Below are positions 1 to 13,537 of a stretch of DNA of 64,000 nucleotides, piece after piece; position 1 is the stretch's first letter; each line of letters begins with the position of its first letter. Source of the DNA: Dimorphilus gyrociliatus (lineage: Eukaryota; Animalia; Annelida); NCBI GenBank assembly GCA_904063045.1, contig CAJFCJ010000002.1:558001-622000 (forward strand), given 5' to 3'. The notes below the pieces were generated by a model. It had not been told where the DNA came from and made no database searches. It saw nothing but the letters and a program-made list of their open reading frames with translations. Both the position numbers and the translations under genes were made by a program.

Positions 1-1299
1 GGCTTCGACCTAGAAACGTACTTAGTAAATAGGGCTTATATTAGGTATCGATCTCCCCACTTTAAATTCTCTAAAGCTCATCACTGTTTACAGATATAAG
101 CAATTCTAGGATCCTATAAATATGTTTATAGGTTGAGGCAAAAATCTCCATTTACCTTGATTAGGAGATTCTACAGGCTTTAAAAGTACGGAAAAACCCC
201 CGAAGAATACCTAGATTTCAAATGTAGTGCAATTATCTTACTCAACGGAATGATGCTTGAAAATCAATTCTATTTCCAGTTATTTCTATTCCTTTTTATT
301 CCTCTCGTTTCGGAATATAGGAAAAGACTATGCGTACATGTATTGATTTTCTAGATAGAGGAAATCCATGTCATTGTTCATTTGTAAAGTTTGTTCAATA
401 GCTAAGCTTGTCTTCCCAGATAGAGAGTCATAAATAATATATAACACCTTTAATATATAATCTAAAATTAGAAATGACTGAAAAAACTGCTAATCCTTAG
501 ATTTTGACCTCCAAAAAATCCATCACTTTAATAAGGGGCTTCATATTCATTCTTTTGGATTATCTTCTCACACTGATGTCAGAGCAAATATAGAATAATA
601 GGCCTATCAAGAGAGGGTGATTCCTCGCATTCCTTTCATATACCCTTTACTGCTAGTAAAACATAGAGTAATTGAATATAACATTATTAAACTTTTAAAT
701 CTTCTACAACGATATTTTTATCGTTTTGAGAAATGAAATATCATTTTTAGTCCAATTATATATTTTTGGCATACTTTAAAGCCTAATTATGTATTAATTT
801 ATCTTAATTACAGATTCCTGTTTTTTGTAATATTTTGTTTAAATACTATAATACAGAAAGTTTCAATATTCACTATATTCAGAAAAAATACAGTATACTA
901 TTTTAAGCAGTGTATATCCTTGGTATCATATATTAAATACATTATACTTACATACTGCATAACAAAAGAATATATTTAAAAAATATGTTTATTTTGTATG
1001 GTTCACATATGAATTCATGAATTCTAATGAATATTCCATATAATACTATAATATAATATATATATATATACATATATATAAGAAAAGTATGAGCTACTTT
1101 AAAATTACAATGCAAAAATTTTGAAATATTACATATATTGTTTGGATTTACCATAGTATTTTAAAGAATTACGATTTAATGTTAGATATAACTATATAAA
1201 TACTTAAAATAAAATTTAAAATATTTAATACCTTAAATTTTAAAGTATGTTTGATATGAAGTTGTGATGCTGTTTATTATCGATCGAATATCCTACTTG

Positions 1300-1430
1300 G
1301 TATATTTATCTCTCCAGAACGCCATTTCAGTTGTCTACTGCAAAGTGCTGCAATATACACAGGCGTCGTTAAGTCATTCCACAACTGTCCTGCAGATGGA
1401 GCAAACGACTTTCATTTAGGTGGCGTTAAT
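1300..1430 (-). mobile_element. Possible decayed 3' fragment of a non-LTR retrotransposon ORF2 (CR1/L2-like)
   Basis: The minus-strand frame reads QLLTPPK*KSFAPSAGQLWNDLTTPVYIAALCSRQLK, which resembles the SF.P.A..LWN.LP motif at the C-terminus of LINE ORF2. The match is short and has an in-frame stop. Pattern recognition only. Confidence 0.3.
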
Positions 1431-1918
1431 AGTTGATCGACCATCAAATGCATTTTTTAATTTAGTTGTCACGTTTTTCCCAAAAGAAAAATGTCAACTA
1501 TTCTTAATCTACTTAGAGAGCCAAGAGAAAACCGTTGTTTGAAGTAACTCACCCCAATTAGATGATGATTCTATATCTTAAATATTTTTATAGAAAATAA
1601 AATTGTTAACGCCGGAGGGCAAGCTGTATAAGTCTGCGTCAGTCACAGATTTTACATAATTGACGAAGCCAGTAATACTTTCCTTTTACCACTTAAGAGT
1701 CTTTTAAAAAAAACTTTAGTTTTTTTATGATTATAATTTGGCAATAGAGTATAACGAGCGGGGAGTTTACAGCACGCTCTAAAATAAAGTCTTATCTTTT
1801 ATTTTCTTTTAAAATATAAGAGATGATTCTGAATATTTCCAACACTTTAAAACTTGTTACCGCTTAATTTAAAGGGTTGAAAATATTTGTAGGCGACGCA
1901 GCGAGCGTTATGTAGGTG

Positions 1919-1926
1919 TGACGTCA
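1919..1926. promoter_or_regulatory. Perfect CRE palindrome (TGACGTCA) upstream of receptor paralog 1
   Basis: Exact 8-mer about 1 kb upstream of ATG 2960. An acceptor at 2946 implies a 5'UTR intron, so the site may be promoter-proximal. Confidence 0.5.
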
Positions 1927-2959
1927 AAATCGAGTGCCCAATCGTAGTTCTTTTTCAACCCACTTCAAATGACGCTTTACTGCATATTCTACGCACTAAA
2001 TTCTGCACTGTAAACTTATAAGTTTCTAAAACGACTTCTTTTCTCTACAAGACTACGATTAACGTTGGTATAATTTTAATTTTTATAAAAATCATAGGAG
2101 TAAATTAAGATTATTTAGCCTTGTATGCTCTTTTAACTTAAATCGCTTTCAAAATCCATTAATTCTATGGAACAAGTAGCAAAGAAATCTATCTGATTAT
2201 TTTGGACAGGAGTAGAATTATTATATTTGCAGTGACAGAAAATAAAATAAGAGATAATTGTATTTAGTTTTAAACTTCTTTTCTACCTTGAATTTTCTTT
2301 TTTTACAGGTAAAAATTTCCAAAATATTCTGAGAACCAATTAGTTTAAGATCATTTATAGGACTCTGATGAATGATACACTTTTTAGCCCTTTTCCTATC
2401 TTCATATAATTTAATAACTTTAATGAACAAAGCCGATTTTGATTTATGACAAGCCATTTAGCAAACTTCTGGAGAGAATGATGACTAATATATGAAACAA
2501 TTTACAAAAATTGACCAACACATCCAGAAAAGCAGATTATTAAAACTGTTACTGCTACTTACGTCTTATTTATCAAATTAGAGTTAATAGACATATTTTC
2601 CGCTTTTTCTACTCCACTTATAGTAGAACTGCGATATTTTATTTAAGATTCAGATATTGTTAAATTTTAAGATTGCAATCGTTGACGTGTAGCGTTGTCC
2701 ATGGTTTTACCACCCAAAATATATTGGTATTCGGCTGTTGCTGCTTGTTTAATACACAGCTGTTACTAAACTCCTGTATAGTCCATTAGTTTTAATGGAT
2801 TTATATTGAGTGGACTCCACTCGAAATGAAGAATATATGATATACAGACCGTTCTCGATCAGATTTACTTAAAACTATCATTCGAATAAAAACAGCTTCA
2901 ATATTTAGAGTTATTAAGTACCGTTTTGGTTTCTTTGACTTTATAGATAACAATCACAA

Positions 2960-5503
2960 ATGACAACTGAAGCATATCCAGATAATCAAACTACACTCAA
3001 TCCATTATGTGAATTAAATGAGTATTGTGAAACAATAGAAGATTATGAAGATAGAATACACACCTATTTGGAGCTAAAATGGTACGAATGGATCCTGGTA
3101 CAACTTTATATCATCACGTTTACAGTTGGGCTATCCGGAAATTTCTTGGTCTGCTATTGTGTATGGAAAAACCATAATATGCGAACGGTAACGAATTATT
3201 TCCTTGTTAATTTGGCAGCTGCTGACTTCTTGGTCATGCTCTTTTGTCTTCCATTCACGGTTGTGGTTAATTTCACTGAAACCTGGTTTTTTGGAGCTGC
3301 TATGTGTAAAATAATAGCTTTTATACAGGTTTATATTGTTTAAATTCTACTTCTTTAGCAAATTTTTATGCTCTACATTAAATAGGAACTCAACTCATAT
3401 AGAAAAGAGAGTATTCACAATTTTTTATTAAGCGGTTAGAGTTCTTGAGCCTTTTTTTCATTAACTTTTTTTTCCTGTTTGGGACAATAAGGTACTCTTC
3501 AACCTCATGCAATGCCAAAGGTCTGTAAACAAAAAGCTTGCTGCAGCAACAAGAATCTATAAGCTCGACCAACATTTTCTAACGAATTTTTTTTCTCAAA
3601 AATCCTTAATTAATAGAATCTCGATTACATTTTATATTACAAGCTGCACTTTCTTTTATATATTCTATTACAGATGACCACACCAAGTCATTTGAAGTTG
3701 ACATTGTTTTTTAGATGATTTATTACTTGTACATTTATAGGCCAATAGCTCAAAGGCAATCCTATTATTCGATGTGTCGTTATTTATATACGTGCATATA
3801 CATTTTATATGTAACTGTATTTTAGGAGTTCAGATTATAGAAAACAATAATCGAAAAATATTTTATCCAAATTTACAAAAACTCATTGGTCTTCAAATTA
3901 CAAATAGGGCCTATCAGTTGGAGTATCTTCTTTAACACTGACAACGATTTCGATAGAAAGATGGTATGCTATATGCCATCCGTTGAAGTTTAAATCAACT
4001 CCTCAACGGGCAAGAACTGCTATCATTGTTATTTGGGTAATATCGATGATCGCTTGGACACCAGAATTAATACTAGTGAATACAATTGTAAGCAATGTCA
4101 ACGTAATTTGGTTCACAATTTGTAAAGCGAATAATACATCCGTTTATTTGCGTTTGCAGGTTTGTTTATGTTTGTTTAACTGTTATTCTATTTAATGGTT
4201 TCCTTTTGCTCTAGCTATTTCAATTCGTTGCTGTCTATATTATGCCATTTATTATTATGTTTGTTGCCTATTTCCAAATAGCTAAATGCTTATGGAGTAA
4301 ATCAACTCCAATGTCAAGTAACTGAGAATTTTATTTTGAAAATTTTATACTGTATATTACTTTATTTTATCTTGTCAAAATTTTCAGACAAAAGTGACAA
4401 GTGCCAGGAAACTTACAGAAGTTCTTCTGCACTGGAAGCCCAGCTGCAAAATCGACGAAAAGCTGCAAAAATGCTTATAGCAGTTGTCATTATGTTTGGA
4501 ATCTGCTATCTCCCTGTATATACTCTAAATCTATTAAGGTATTGCATAATCTTATTTCATAAGAAAAATATTGCAAGATGATAGGTTGCAGCAAATCAGC
4601 CAAAAAGTCCTTGCAGAATGAGCTTTGAAAAGTATTTTATTTCATATCACGATATTTTATCGTTGAGTAAAAACTCAATCCTTAAGATTACATACTCAGA
4701 ATTATCAGTGCTTTCACATTGGCACTAAATTTGTCAAGTTTTTTTTTACTTTCATTTATCTTTGGATTACACGCAATGTCTTCAACATTTTAAGCAAAAA
4801 TTTTTGTTGTTAACATAATATCAATATTTATAAACCATTTGAAATATGCTTTTAAAGTTTATATACTAAAAATGTAGAAATAGATATAGTAATATAATCT
4901 TCTAGATCTCTTCGAAATAGTCAGGTAAAAAAGTGATTAATATTGGATTAGTAAGATCGTAACGAAAGTTTGTTTTATTTTCATCAATTATACACCATAT
5001 AGAACTTCTAGCCGTCTATCCTTTTTTCTATTGGTTTAATTTCCTTTGGATTTATCTTTCGTTGCAGATATGGGAACGTTTTAAAATCCGTAAGAGATAA
5101 TGAAGTTATGATCTTTGCCAATTCTTCTCACTGGTTGGCCTATTTCAACAGTTCCATTAATCCAGTTATTTACAATTTCATGAGCGGTTTGTTTCGTTGA
5201 AAACTGATAGAATTGTTTTGACTAATCAAGAAATAATTCTCTTAGCGCGTTTTCGACGAGAATTCAAAAGAATCTGTCTTTGTCGAGCTAATAGGAACTC
5301 AACCACTACACAAAGACCTGCCTATCCAGTTTTCAGGTATTTATTAAATATAATTTTATCGCCTTGAAAGTACAGTTTCAAGATGTATTACATTCATTAA
5401 CAACCATTTGAATTGCAGAAGGGACAGAAACGTCAACAACGCACATGATCATCATAGATTTTGCTCTAGATACAGAAAAAAAGATGTCTGTCAAACATTC
5501 TAA
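2960..5503 (+). CDS. Orexin/allatotropin receptor-like class A GPCR, paralog 1 (7 coding exons)
   Basis: Exons 2960-3328, 3908-4159, 4215-4317, 4388-4538, 5068-5186, 5246-5336 and 5419-5503, all GT-AG with consistent phase. Orexin-receptor-like motifs: WKNHNMRTVTNYFLVNLAAAD, TETWFFG, ERWYAICHPLKFKST, RRKAAKML, CYLP, SHWLAYFNSSINPVIYNFMS. Confidence 0.92.
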
Positions 5504-6457
5504 TGATGGAGACTTATCACTCAGTTATTTATAATATAACTATAGCCTAAATAACATTAACGACATGTTACTTTTTTGAAACTGTGAAACGATACAAAAT
5601 ACCCCGAACTGAAAAATTTGATATAATAATCAAACAAAAAAATATCATATGTACTGTATACTGTACACCTAAAATACCTATATATCTAAACTGCGTACAA
5701 CCATATATACAGTATATATATATATATATATACAGTATATATTGTTTTTGTTTTAAATAAATAATCTATCCTGTCATTCTTTGCAGCTCATTAACCCTTT
5801 GACCTAATCAAGGGCTTATATTAAAGAGCCAGGAGGTCATCTGACTCTTTTCCAAGTCTAAGCACTTGTAACCAAAGATATACCAACAACTTACTTATGA
5901 CAAGTCAAGATCATTTGTACATGAAAAAAGTGTATTGAAATCAAAACGTTAAAGTCATTTAATATATCTAAAATATTAATAAAAGATAATCGAAAATCAC
6001 CGATTTCTTTACATGATACTAAATTTACAGATAAATTGTTTTTTTTTAAATATCAAATAGTAAGTTTTAATGACCATTAAATAAAAATTGTAATCTTAAG
6101 AAACTTTATGACTCTCTTATAAATTGACACTGAAAGAGAAGACTGTTTTTTCTTTATTAGCTTTTATTGATTCTTTTATTTATTCTTTTTGAGCTTTCAA
6201 TTAGTAAATAACCTGTTATTATTTGTAAAAGAATACTATCTATTCAAACATTCATTTTCCACGAAGTATAGACTACATATAAGCTCCTCTCAAGTCCTGA
6301 GAGAACATAGAATACCACATAGAGTCACAAAGAGAAATACTCTAAAGTAACTTAGAACTTTAAAATATACTTAATAGCATCATTATCCCTATTAGATTTT
6401 TTGCATGCTTATTTCCTCTTTAGTCTTTCTCTCTTTTCTGTGTCATCTATTTCTTCC

Positions 6458-9400
6458 TTAGAACTCTTCGTCCTCGATTTTTATTTTTGGACCAACAGTC
6501 GACATCGATATAGTCTCCGTTCTTCCATGTTGATAGTGGTATGTATGGTATGTAAAACTACTATTTGATCTATTCCTTGACCGTAAGAGCACAGAACTGA
6601 ACTGCAAACACTTGCATGCTTGTTTAAATTGTGTTCTAAAATGAGCTAAAATACAAAAAGGATGTTCAATATTAATTGTTTATTTAATTATATATAAAAA
6701 ACATTTTATTAGGTAATTTTAACGTTAGCCAAGAAAAGACTGTAAACCATTTAAAAAAATTAAAAAAAAGGAAATTGAACAGCTATAATTTTAATATCTT
6801 GGCCTGTCTATATATAAACTATCCGAGTACAATAATTTAAATTACACTTACCACTCATAAAGTTATAGATAATAGGATTAATCGTGCTGTTGAAATAAGG
6901 AAGCCAGTGAATAACTAAGGCCAAATTTGAGGCATGAGGACCTGATCCTATCTTAGTTACGTATCTACAAACAACAGAGTTGTTTTCACAAAATTTATAT
7001 CGCTTTATTCGAAAGTTTGGCTTGCCTTAAAATGCTAAGCAAGTGAACTGGCATATAGCATATAGCAAAAACTATGACGACTGCTATGAGCATCTTAGCT
7101 ACTTTTCTCCTACTTTGTAACTGCTGTTCAGCTGATGAAATTCTCTTTCCTGGACCATATTCGTTCACTCCTTGCGAATGAGGGTTCAAAGGTCGTCTAC
7201 TACCTGTCAAAAAAAACCTTTGACGGCGCCATCTATCAAGTAAATTACTTACTAGTTTCGTCCGTTGGTATGGTCGTTCTCCACAACGTTATAGCAATTC
7301 TACTATAGGTAATTACCATCAAAATAATAGGTAGAACATACAAGCAGATAACAGAGATAAAAGTGTAGATGTAATAATGTTTAACGACTGCTCCGCAGGA
7401 AGTTAACAACATGGTTGAAATATGTTTTAACACCGTTGGTGGAAACGCTGAAAACGTTTCCACTAAAATCAATTCTGGTAGAGATATAAGATTAGCCAAT
7501 AGCCATATAATTCCAATGATTAACTTTACTCTTTTAGAATTACTGTGTAAATATTCATATGGTATAACACTATTTAAATTTTTGTACTTGATCTAATTTA
7601 ATGAAAACTTTCGCCTTAAAAGCTTTCAAATTAATATTTATACCTGACAAATCTCATTGGATGGCAGATGGCATAATATCTCTCTATCGATATAGCTGAC
7701 AGTGTTAGCACGGACACAGATATGGAGAGCATCTGTTTTTTTGTAAAAGTCATTAGTGATGGTAACAATGAGGCATCGGTTTAAAAAATGAAAGCAGAAA
7801 AAGAAGAAGTAGTAGTACTAGTCGAAGACAATGAAATGCTTCTTAAATTAACTAATGGCACATTGCCAGGACTCCTTCGATTATGGAAAATCCTTGTTTT
7901 TTTTAGATTACTTCTCCGCATAGCTTCAATATTTTATTTTTGTTGGTAGATACATGGGCGTCAGAGCAGAAAAAATAATGATGTGGTGTAAACATAAAAA
8001 TATCAAGTAAATTAAGTTTGGTAAAATAAAGGTCTCTCAATTGATCTCTTAATTAAAAAGTTTGAATATAATGACCGATACAGTTTTGAGAAGCCGGTAT
8101 GATTAGAAGTTCTTTATCTGTAATAGAAACTTGACGAAGCAGTATTTGTATAAACTGTTAGTGAGTATTATATACCAACCCTCAACATCTTTCATTTTGA
8201 GTAATATTTGCTAAAGCATTTATTTTCTTTCCGTATTTTTTATCTATCTGTGGTATTAGTTGAAAAATTGCGGAAGATACAGTATCAGTCCGTTATAAAC
8301 GCCTAAACTCCCTTTCGTATTACCTTTCAACTGCATAGAGCTGTTTATGACATATTATAGGGCCTTTACGTTAATAAATCTTGCCACGTTATTTCGATAA
8401 GAATTGTTTATGCACGAGGGTTTTTCATCTCTTCCCATTTTTAACTTACCGAGAGCGTTTAATTGAAAAAATATGCTCTGTTAGCGTCAAAAAACGGTTC
8501 TAGAAACAATAAACATAAGGAGGAAGTGTAAACATTGAAAATTTTGAGGAAAGGTCAAAAGTCTAGTGAAATATTCAAAATGGTGGCTAAAGTTCTTCAT
8601 TTATCATTAGAAATCTTTAGCCATAGTTAATTTTTCTTTTTTTCTTTACTGAATTGGCTGTATCGATTGTCATAGGTACGCCTTTTAACAGAGCAAGATC
8701 ATTACTAATATAATAAGATATAGCGTGTAAGTTTAATTTAACGTGTCTCTCTGCTTGTATTTCAGATAGATATAAAAACTTCGTTGCACCTGCTTCAGCG
8801 TTGGCTATTTCAGATTTTATCAGGATCAGTGAATTCCTTATATCTCCGAGACAGTTTTGAAAATATTATAAAGATCTTTATTACGTTAACTGAACAGAAA
8901 TAACCGAATGTACAATCAAATATTCGATTAACAATTTATTTGCTATCCTTAAAATATATACCTGATTATCATTTCAATTTCACAATAAACTCCCCTACTA
9001 GAGTTTTTTAAGCCGATTAATTTTTCACATAATGAGAATTTCTTTTTTATATTCATATCATGTATTGACCGATCAAAAGGATCCCTTAAGAGCTAACCAT
9101 CATTTTGTAAAAATAAGGAAAACTTTGGTATTATGACACATATCCAAGACTTTGCTCGTTTAAGTTTCTGAACGGTTGTGGAAAATTTGAGTAGATGTTA
9201 AGAAATAAGGCACATTTGCGTTTCGAAATAACCTTCCTAACTGATATACTCGGCTGGAATAGAATAAAAAACACTGCTGCAGAATTGCAGCTGTCGTTCA
9301 CGCTTCTCTAATTTTGTTGTTTGGAAAAAATATCATGAGCATTTAAAGTAGTTACCATGGATGAAAGAGAGACTAATCCAAGATTAACCCGCTGTCTAAA

Positions 9401-11248
9401 GCTCACAGAATAGAATATAATGATAGACTAAAGATAATCTTTATATTTCGTTTACGAAATTTTCAATTACAGCCTTATTGCATGCTTCGTCTTAAATTCA
9501 ACAGCATTTTTAAATTGTTTAAATTTTTTACACATGTAAATTTATTTATCATAGAAAAATTCTTTCTATATTTTAATGCAAGCTTTAATCTATAGAGAGC
9601 AAGTGTTGGAAAAATCTCATGAGTAAAAATTATGCTCTGCTCTCCTTTTCATGTCTTAAACAATACGACTAAATATCTTACGTTAGACTGTCACAACCAA
9701 ACCTAGCTTAATAATTTGTATCACATTTGGGAGCCCTTCTTGTTTTATTACTATAGTTTTTAAGTCCCTAATATAATACATTATCTTCAGTAATATTGTT
9801 TCTTCTAGCAGAAATGCATCACACTGTACAGTATATTGCGATTCAAATATATCAAACTATTAATACAAATGAAATAAACGTAATAAAACATTACAACAAA
9901 TTGCGGATTCTGTTTTAACCTATAATATAACAGGTGCGAATTGCAGGCTTATTCATGTTAGTGGATTTACCAAGGATTTTGAAGCTAGCGAAAAATTTTG
10001 AAACAGTAAAGCTTTTCCCTTACTTGCTAGCTCACATATCATTCATTTATTGTTTAATTATCTTATATATTATTTAATTTCTAAGCTCTCTACTTTTATT
10101 ATAAGTAAGTTAAAAAGCCTTATTTTGGGATTTCTACAAGAATACTGAAAATACAACTTTACTGACAAATTTGCCGGAAGGGAAAGAGTCGAAACAGGAA
10201 TTACCTCTCTTAAACGTTTCGACGCCGTAGACTAATGAAAATTTGCTGGCTACTACCATTCGTCGCTTTTACCTAATTCTATTACAGTTTGTCTTTGTCT
10301 GCTTAGGACCATTTGGTCAACTTTCCAAATTAGATGATGGATTAACTTATTCGTTTATCTTGTCAGCGTTTTAAAATTTAAAGGAAAATCCTAGTAATTC
10401 AAAAAAAGCAATTATATCTTGTATACTAGAAACAAAACCATGTGGAACATCAATTAATCATTTAAATCTTAGAAGTTGTTCAATATCTATGTAGACCGTA
10501 TTGATGACTGAGCATTAATATGTTTCATAGCTATTGTTAGTTGCTTCTATTAAACCGAGTTTCATATCAACTCAATACGAAGTCTCTATAACAGACAATC
10601 TTGTTGCAAGACGCTTTTGGACAATAAATCTATTCATTTCCCTATTTCCGGCTTTCCGAGCAAGTAAAGTATTGTGAAATCCCTAACTACATAAGAACTC
10701 TATAACCGCAGGCAAAATTTTGATAATATAACGATAGTATTCAAATTATGCAAAGATTTTACAATTTCTAATAATGGTTTGAACCAAAAACCATAGTTAA
10801 CTTGAGCTAAAGTTATAGAATTTTCAGAGTACAAAATCGTTGGTCGGTATCAACCCTCGAGGTAATTTTTTTAATTAAATTTGTAATTAAAGAAGGGTTA
10901 TACCTGTAAGAAGATAGTTATCTTGCACATAACAGTGCCCAAATACCATGTTTCCGTTACATCTCCTAAGCAGGTGATTGGTAGACAAAATAGTAAAACA
11001 AGCAAGTCAGCTATAGCAAGGTTAGTTATAAAGAGGTTCGTCACTGTTCTCATATGTTTATTATTACAGACTGCCCAAATGACTAAGGCGTTTCCTGTCA
11101 AACCAATAATGAAGAGGAAAACGTAGAATACTATCATCACCCATTCAAATATAGTTGGCGAAACATGTTTCAGGATTCTGATATAAAATTGCTTTTCATC
11201 TTCACAATAGTCATTCCAGCAAAGGGTACTATTTGAGCTATTCTGCAT
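6458..11248 (-). CDS. Orexin/allatotropin receptor-like class A GPCR, paralog 2 (6 coding exons)
   Basis: Exons 11248-10904, 7732-7644, 7542-7253, 7203-7026, 6964-6852 and 6645-6458. Motifs: NKHMRTVTNLFITNLAIAD, DVTETWYLG, ERYYAICHPMRF, RRKVAKML, HWLPYFNSTINPIIYNFMS. One intron (6965-7025) has a GC donor, and intron 1 is 3.17 kb. Confidence 0.92.
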
Positions 11249-11410
11249 TTCCTGAAATATTTTTAATATGGTGTTTTCTTAAAATTATTAATAATTTTTG
11301 GTTTCTTAATATTTTAATGAGTCCTCTGAGAACGAAACTTTTTATCTGTAGTCCATCGACGAAGTGATAAAAACGCGACTATTTCGCGGTTAGGAGGCGA
11401 AACCGTGTTG

Positions 11411-11418
11411 TGACGTCA
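11411..11418. promoter_or_regulatory. Perfect CRE palindrome (within GTGACGTCAC) upstream of receptor paralog 2
   Basis: Exact 10-bp palindrome about 160 bp upstream of ATG 11248. Confidence 0.55.
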
Positions 11419-12400
11419 CGACTGCAGAGCAATAGATGCAGATCTGTAATTGGTCAGAAACTTTCAGTAGAGAAATGCTTTTCTTTCCTTAATATAAAAT
11501 AAAAAAATTGCAAAACATGAAGCTAATTGGATTAGAAATTTAGAACTTCGAAGGAAAAAGAAGAAATTGCTTGCAATGTAATACGTCAAATATCGCGTAG
11601 TATAAGACATACCAATAGTCAGGAATCGTGATTTTTCTATACGCAATAGAGAGGAAGGCAAATTCAAAGTGCAAACAAAGGCTATTTTACACAGCGTCAC
11701 TAGTCATAGATGCAAGCGCTACAAACAGGCCAAATACAATTAATTACTACCCATCGGTCACTTTCATTACCGATTCTGTTATTTGAATAAACAACCAAGA
11801 AACGTCGAAAATGTTTTTCGACGTGACTGGCAATAAATTAGGATAGAAAAAGGAGGATTTCTACTGTTGTTTGAAACGAATAAAGTATAATTTTCACCCA
11901 TTTCGTTTCTATACATGAAAAGAAAATTATTGATACTAGATAATGTCAAGCAGCTAATTAACAAAGTTTAACTTTGAAAGGCTACTTATAAACGAAAATA
12001 GTGTGTTTCAATTAAAATTGTATCCTGCTTCAGCTCCTAATTTATTATTTTCAAAAGATGTAATAAATTATCAAAACCTTATTAATGTAATTCCTGATCT
12101 AGAGGGGACCAATTCAGTTTTTTTGTGTAAGCGGAAAATTCGAATAAGCGTTGTTCGTTTTAAGCTGGTAAATAGAAAGCTTACTTGTATTTCACTTGCA
12201 CAATTCCCGAAATAGCATTTACAGAATATATTTTTGTAAACTATATTTTATAAAAACTATGATATCCTTAAATGACAAGTTTTTATAATGTAATTATTTT
12301 TTATACATCTCATATTCCAAAAATCACAAGCTATCTTAACAAAACTATACACATCAAAATAATTGTTTTATGACTGATTAAATTGTTCAAATATCATTAG

Positions 12401-12414
12401 CCACTAGATGGAGC
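12401..12414 (+). promoter_or_regulatory. CTCF-like core motif CCACTAGATGGAGC
   Basis: One mismatch to the bilaterian CTCF core CCAC/GYAGRKGGCRC. It lies just 3' of the F-type lectin gene stop, between genes. Confidence 0.45.
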
Positions 12415-12416
12415 CG

Positions 12417-13537
12417 TCAAGTTTTCAATACAGCAACTTCGCAAATACTCAGGCTTCTCTCAATGCCAATATCTAATAACTCAATTCTTAAGTATCTTCC
12501 ATATATGGGTCTCTGACAATCTATCAATAAATTCGGTTTGATTGGTATCCCTAGATGTTCCCGGCAAAGAATTGTTTCCTCCAATTTATCAATACCAACT
12601 TGTACCTTAAAGTTGCATTGAGTCCTCACTGTATTGAAAATCTCTTGTTCATTTATTACGCCTAAAGAATTATAAAACTTACAAGGGTAATCAAAAGGAA
12701 ATATTAAGTATATTGAACTAATAACTCTTTTATGGCCCAGATCAATGATGAAGAAAGGATTCGTTTCAAAATCTGTCATTAAAATTACAATTAAAAAAAA
12801 AAGGAATTTTACTGAATTTGGCTTGCAATTATACCTGTTTGAGAACAAGAGGGCTCTTGCGATGTTTTCAAGTTGAAGACCTTCTTACCATCTATAGCTA
12901 AGTCAGCTATTAAAGCATAACTTCTTTTAAAACGCGTGCTTGATTGCACAACGTTCTTTACAGTAGCACTGTTCCTGAGGCGTTCAAAATCAATGTCATA
13001 TTTCCTGTCATGCTCCCATTCTGATTGATTGACTGATTGATTTGTAGACGAATTGCTAGGAGTCAGAGACAGTTGTTGGATTTGTCTTTTATCGTGTGAC
13101 TGTTTAGAAAAAACATTTCACTCAAGAATATACGCATTTGAAGAATACTTTAAAAAGTCTTCATTTTAATACATTAGAACTATTTAAATATTATTATAGA
13201 GAGGAGGTACTACATGCACTCTCATTTTAGCCAAAAATAATAAACCTGCCTCTAATCTAATGTTCAAGTTTGCTTGCAGGCAAACAAGTTTAATAGATGA
13301 AAAGAAACTTACCTCTTCAATTGCACATTCTGAACTTGTGATTAACCATATGGCTACACTCAATGATGTCAATCCGACGAATAAAAATATTATCCCACAA
13401 ATAAGCAAAAGTTTTATTTTTCCTTCATTTAATGATCTAGTCTTATCAGAGAAAGAGGATTGACAAGAATGCAATAATAGTGAATCCTTTTTTGGGCTAT
13501 TATCGTCAATCGACATTGATAAACAGTCACGTGTCAT
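12417..13537 (-). CDS. Type II membrane protein with a C-terminal F-type lectin (FTP / F5-8 type C-like) domain
   Basis: Exons ~13537-13313 (TM segment LLLICGIIFLFVGLTSLSVAIWLI), 13099-12835 (QSST..LAIDG..CSQT) and 12772-12417 (PFFIIDLG..GRYLRI..LSICEVAV), matching the FTP-domain signature. The start codon is uncertain (13537, 13516 or an upstream exon). Confidence 0.75.

Noticed and set aside
1-940. Window start examined for a gene or transposon
   Set aside because: All frames are interrupted by stops, and no motif was recognised.
2221-2457. 78-aa Lys-rich minus-strand ORF, and an AG|GT recursive-splice-like site at 2308 on plus
   Set aside because: No homology. The region is more simply the 5'UTR/intron of receptor 1, and recursive splicing is implausible in so short an intron.
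5791-6130. TTAA-CCCTTTGACC followed by GGAGGTCATCTGACTC, like a piggyBac/MITE terminus
   Set aside because: No matching inverted terminus or second TTAA boundary could be identified.
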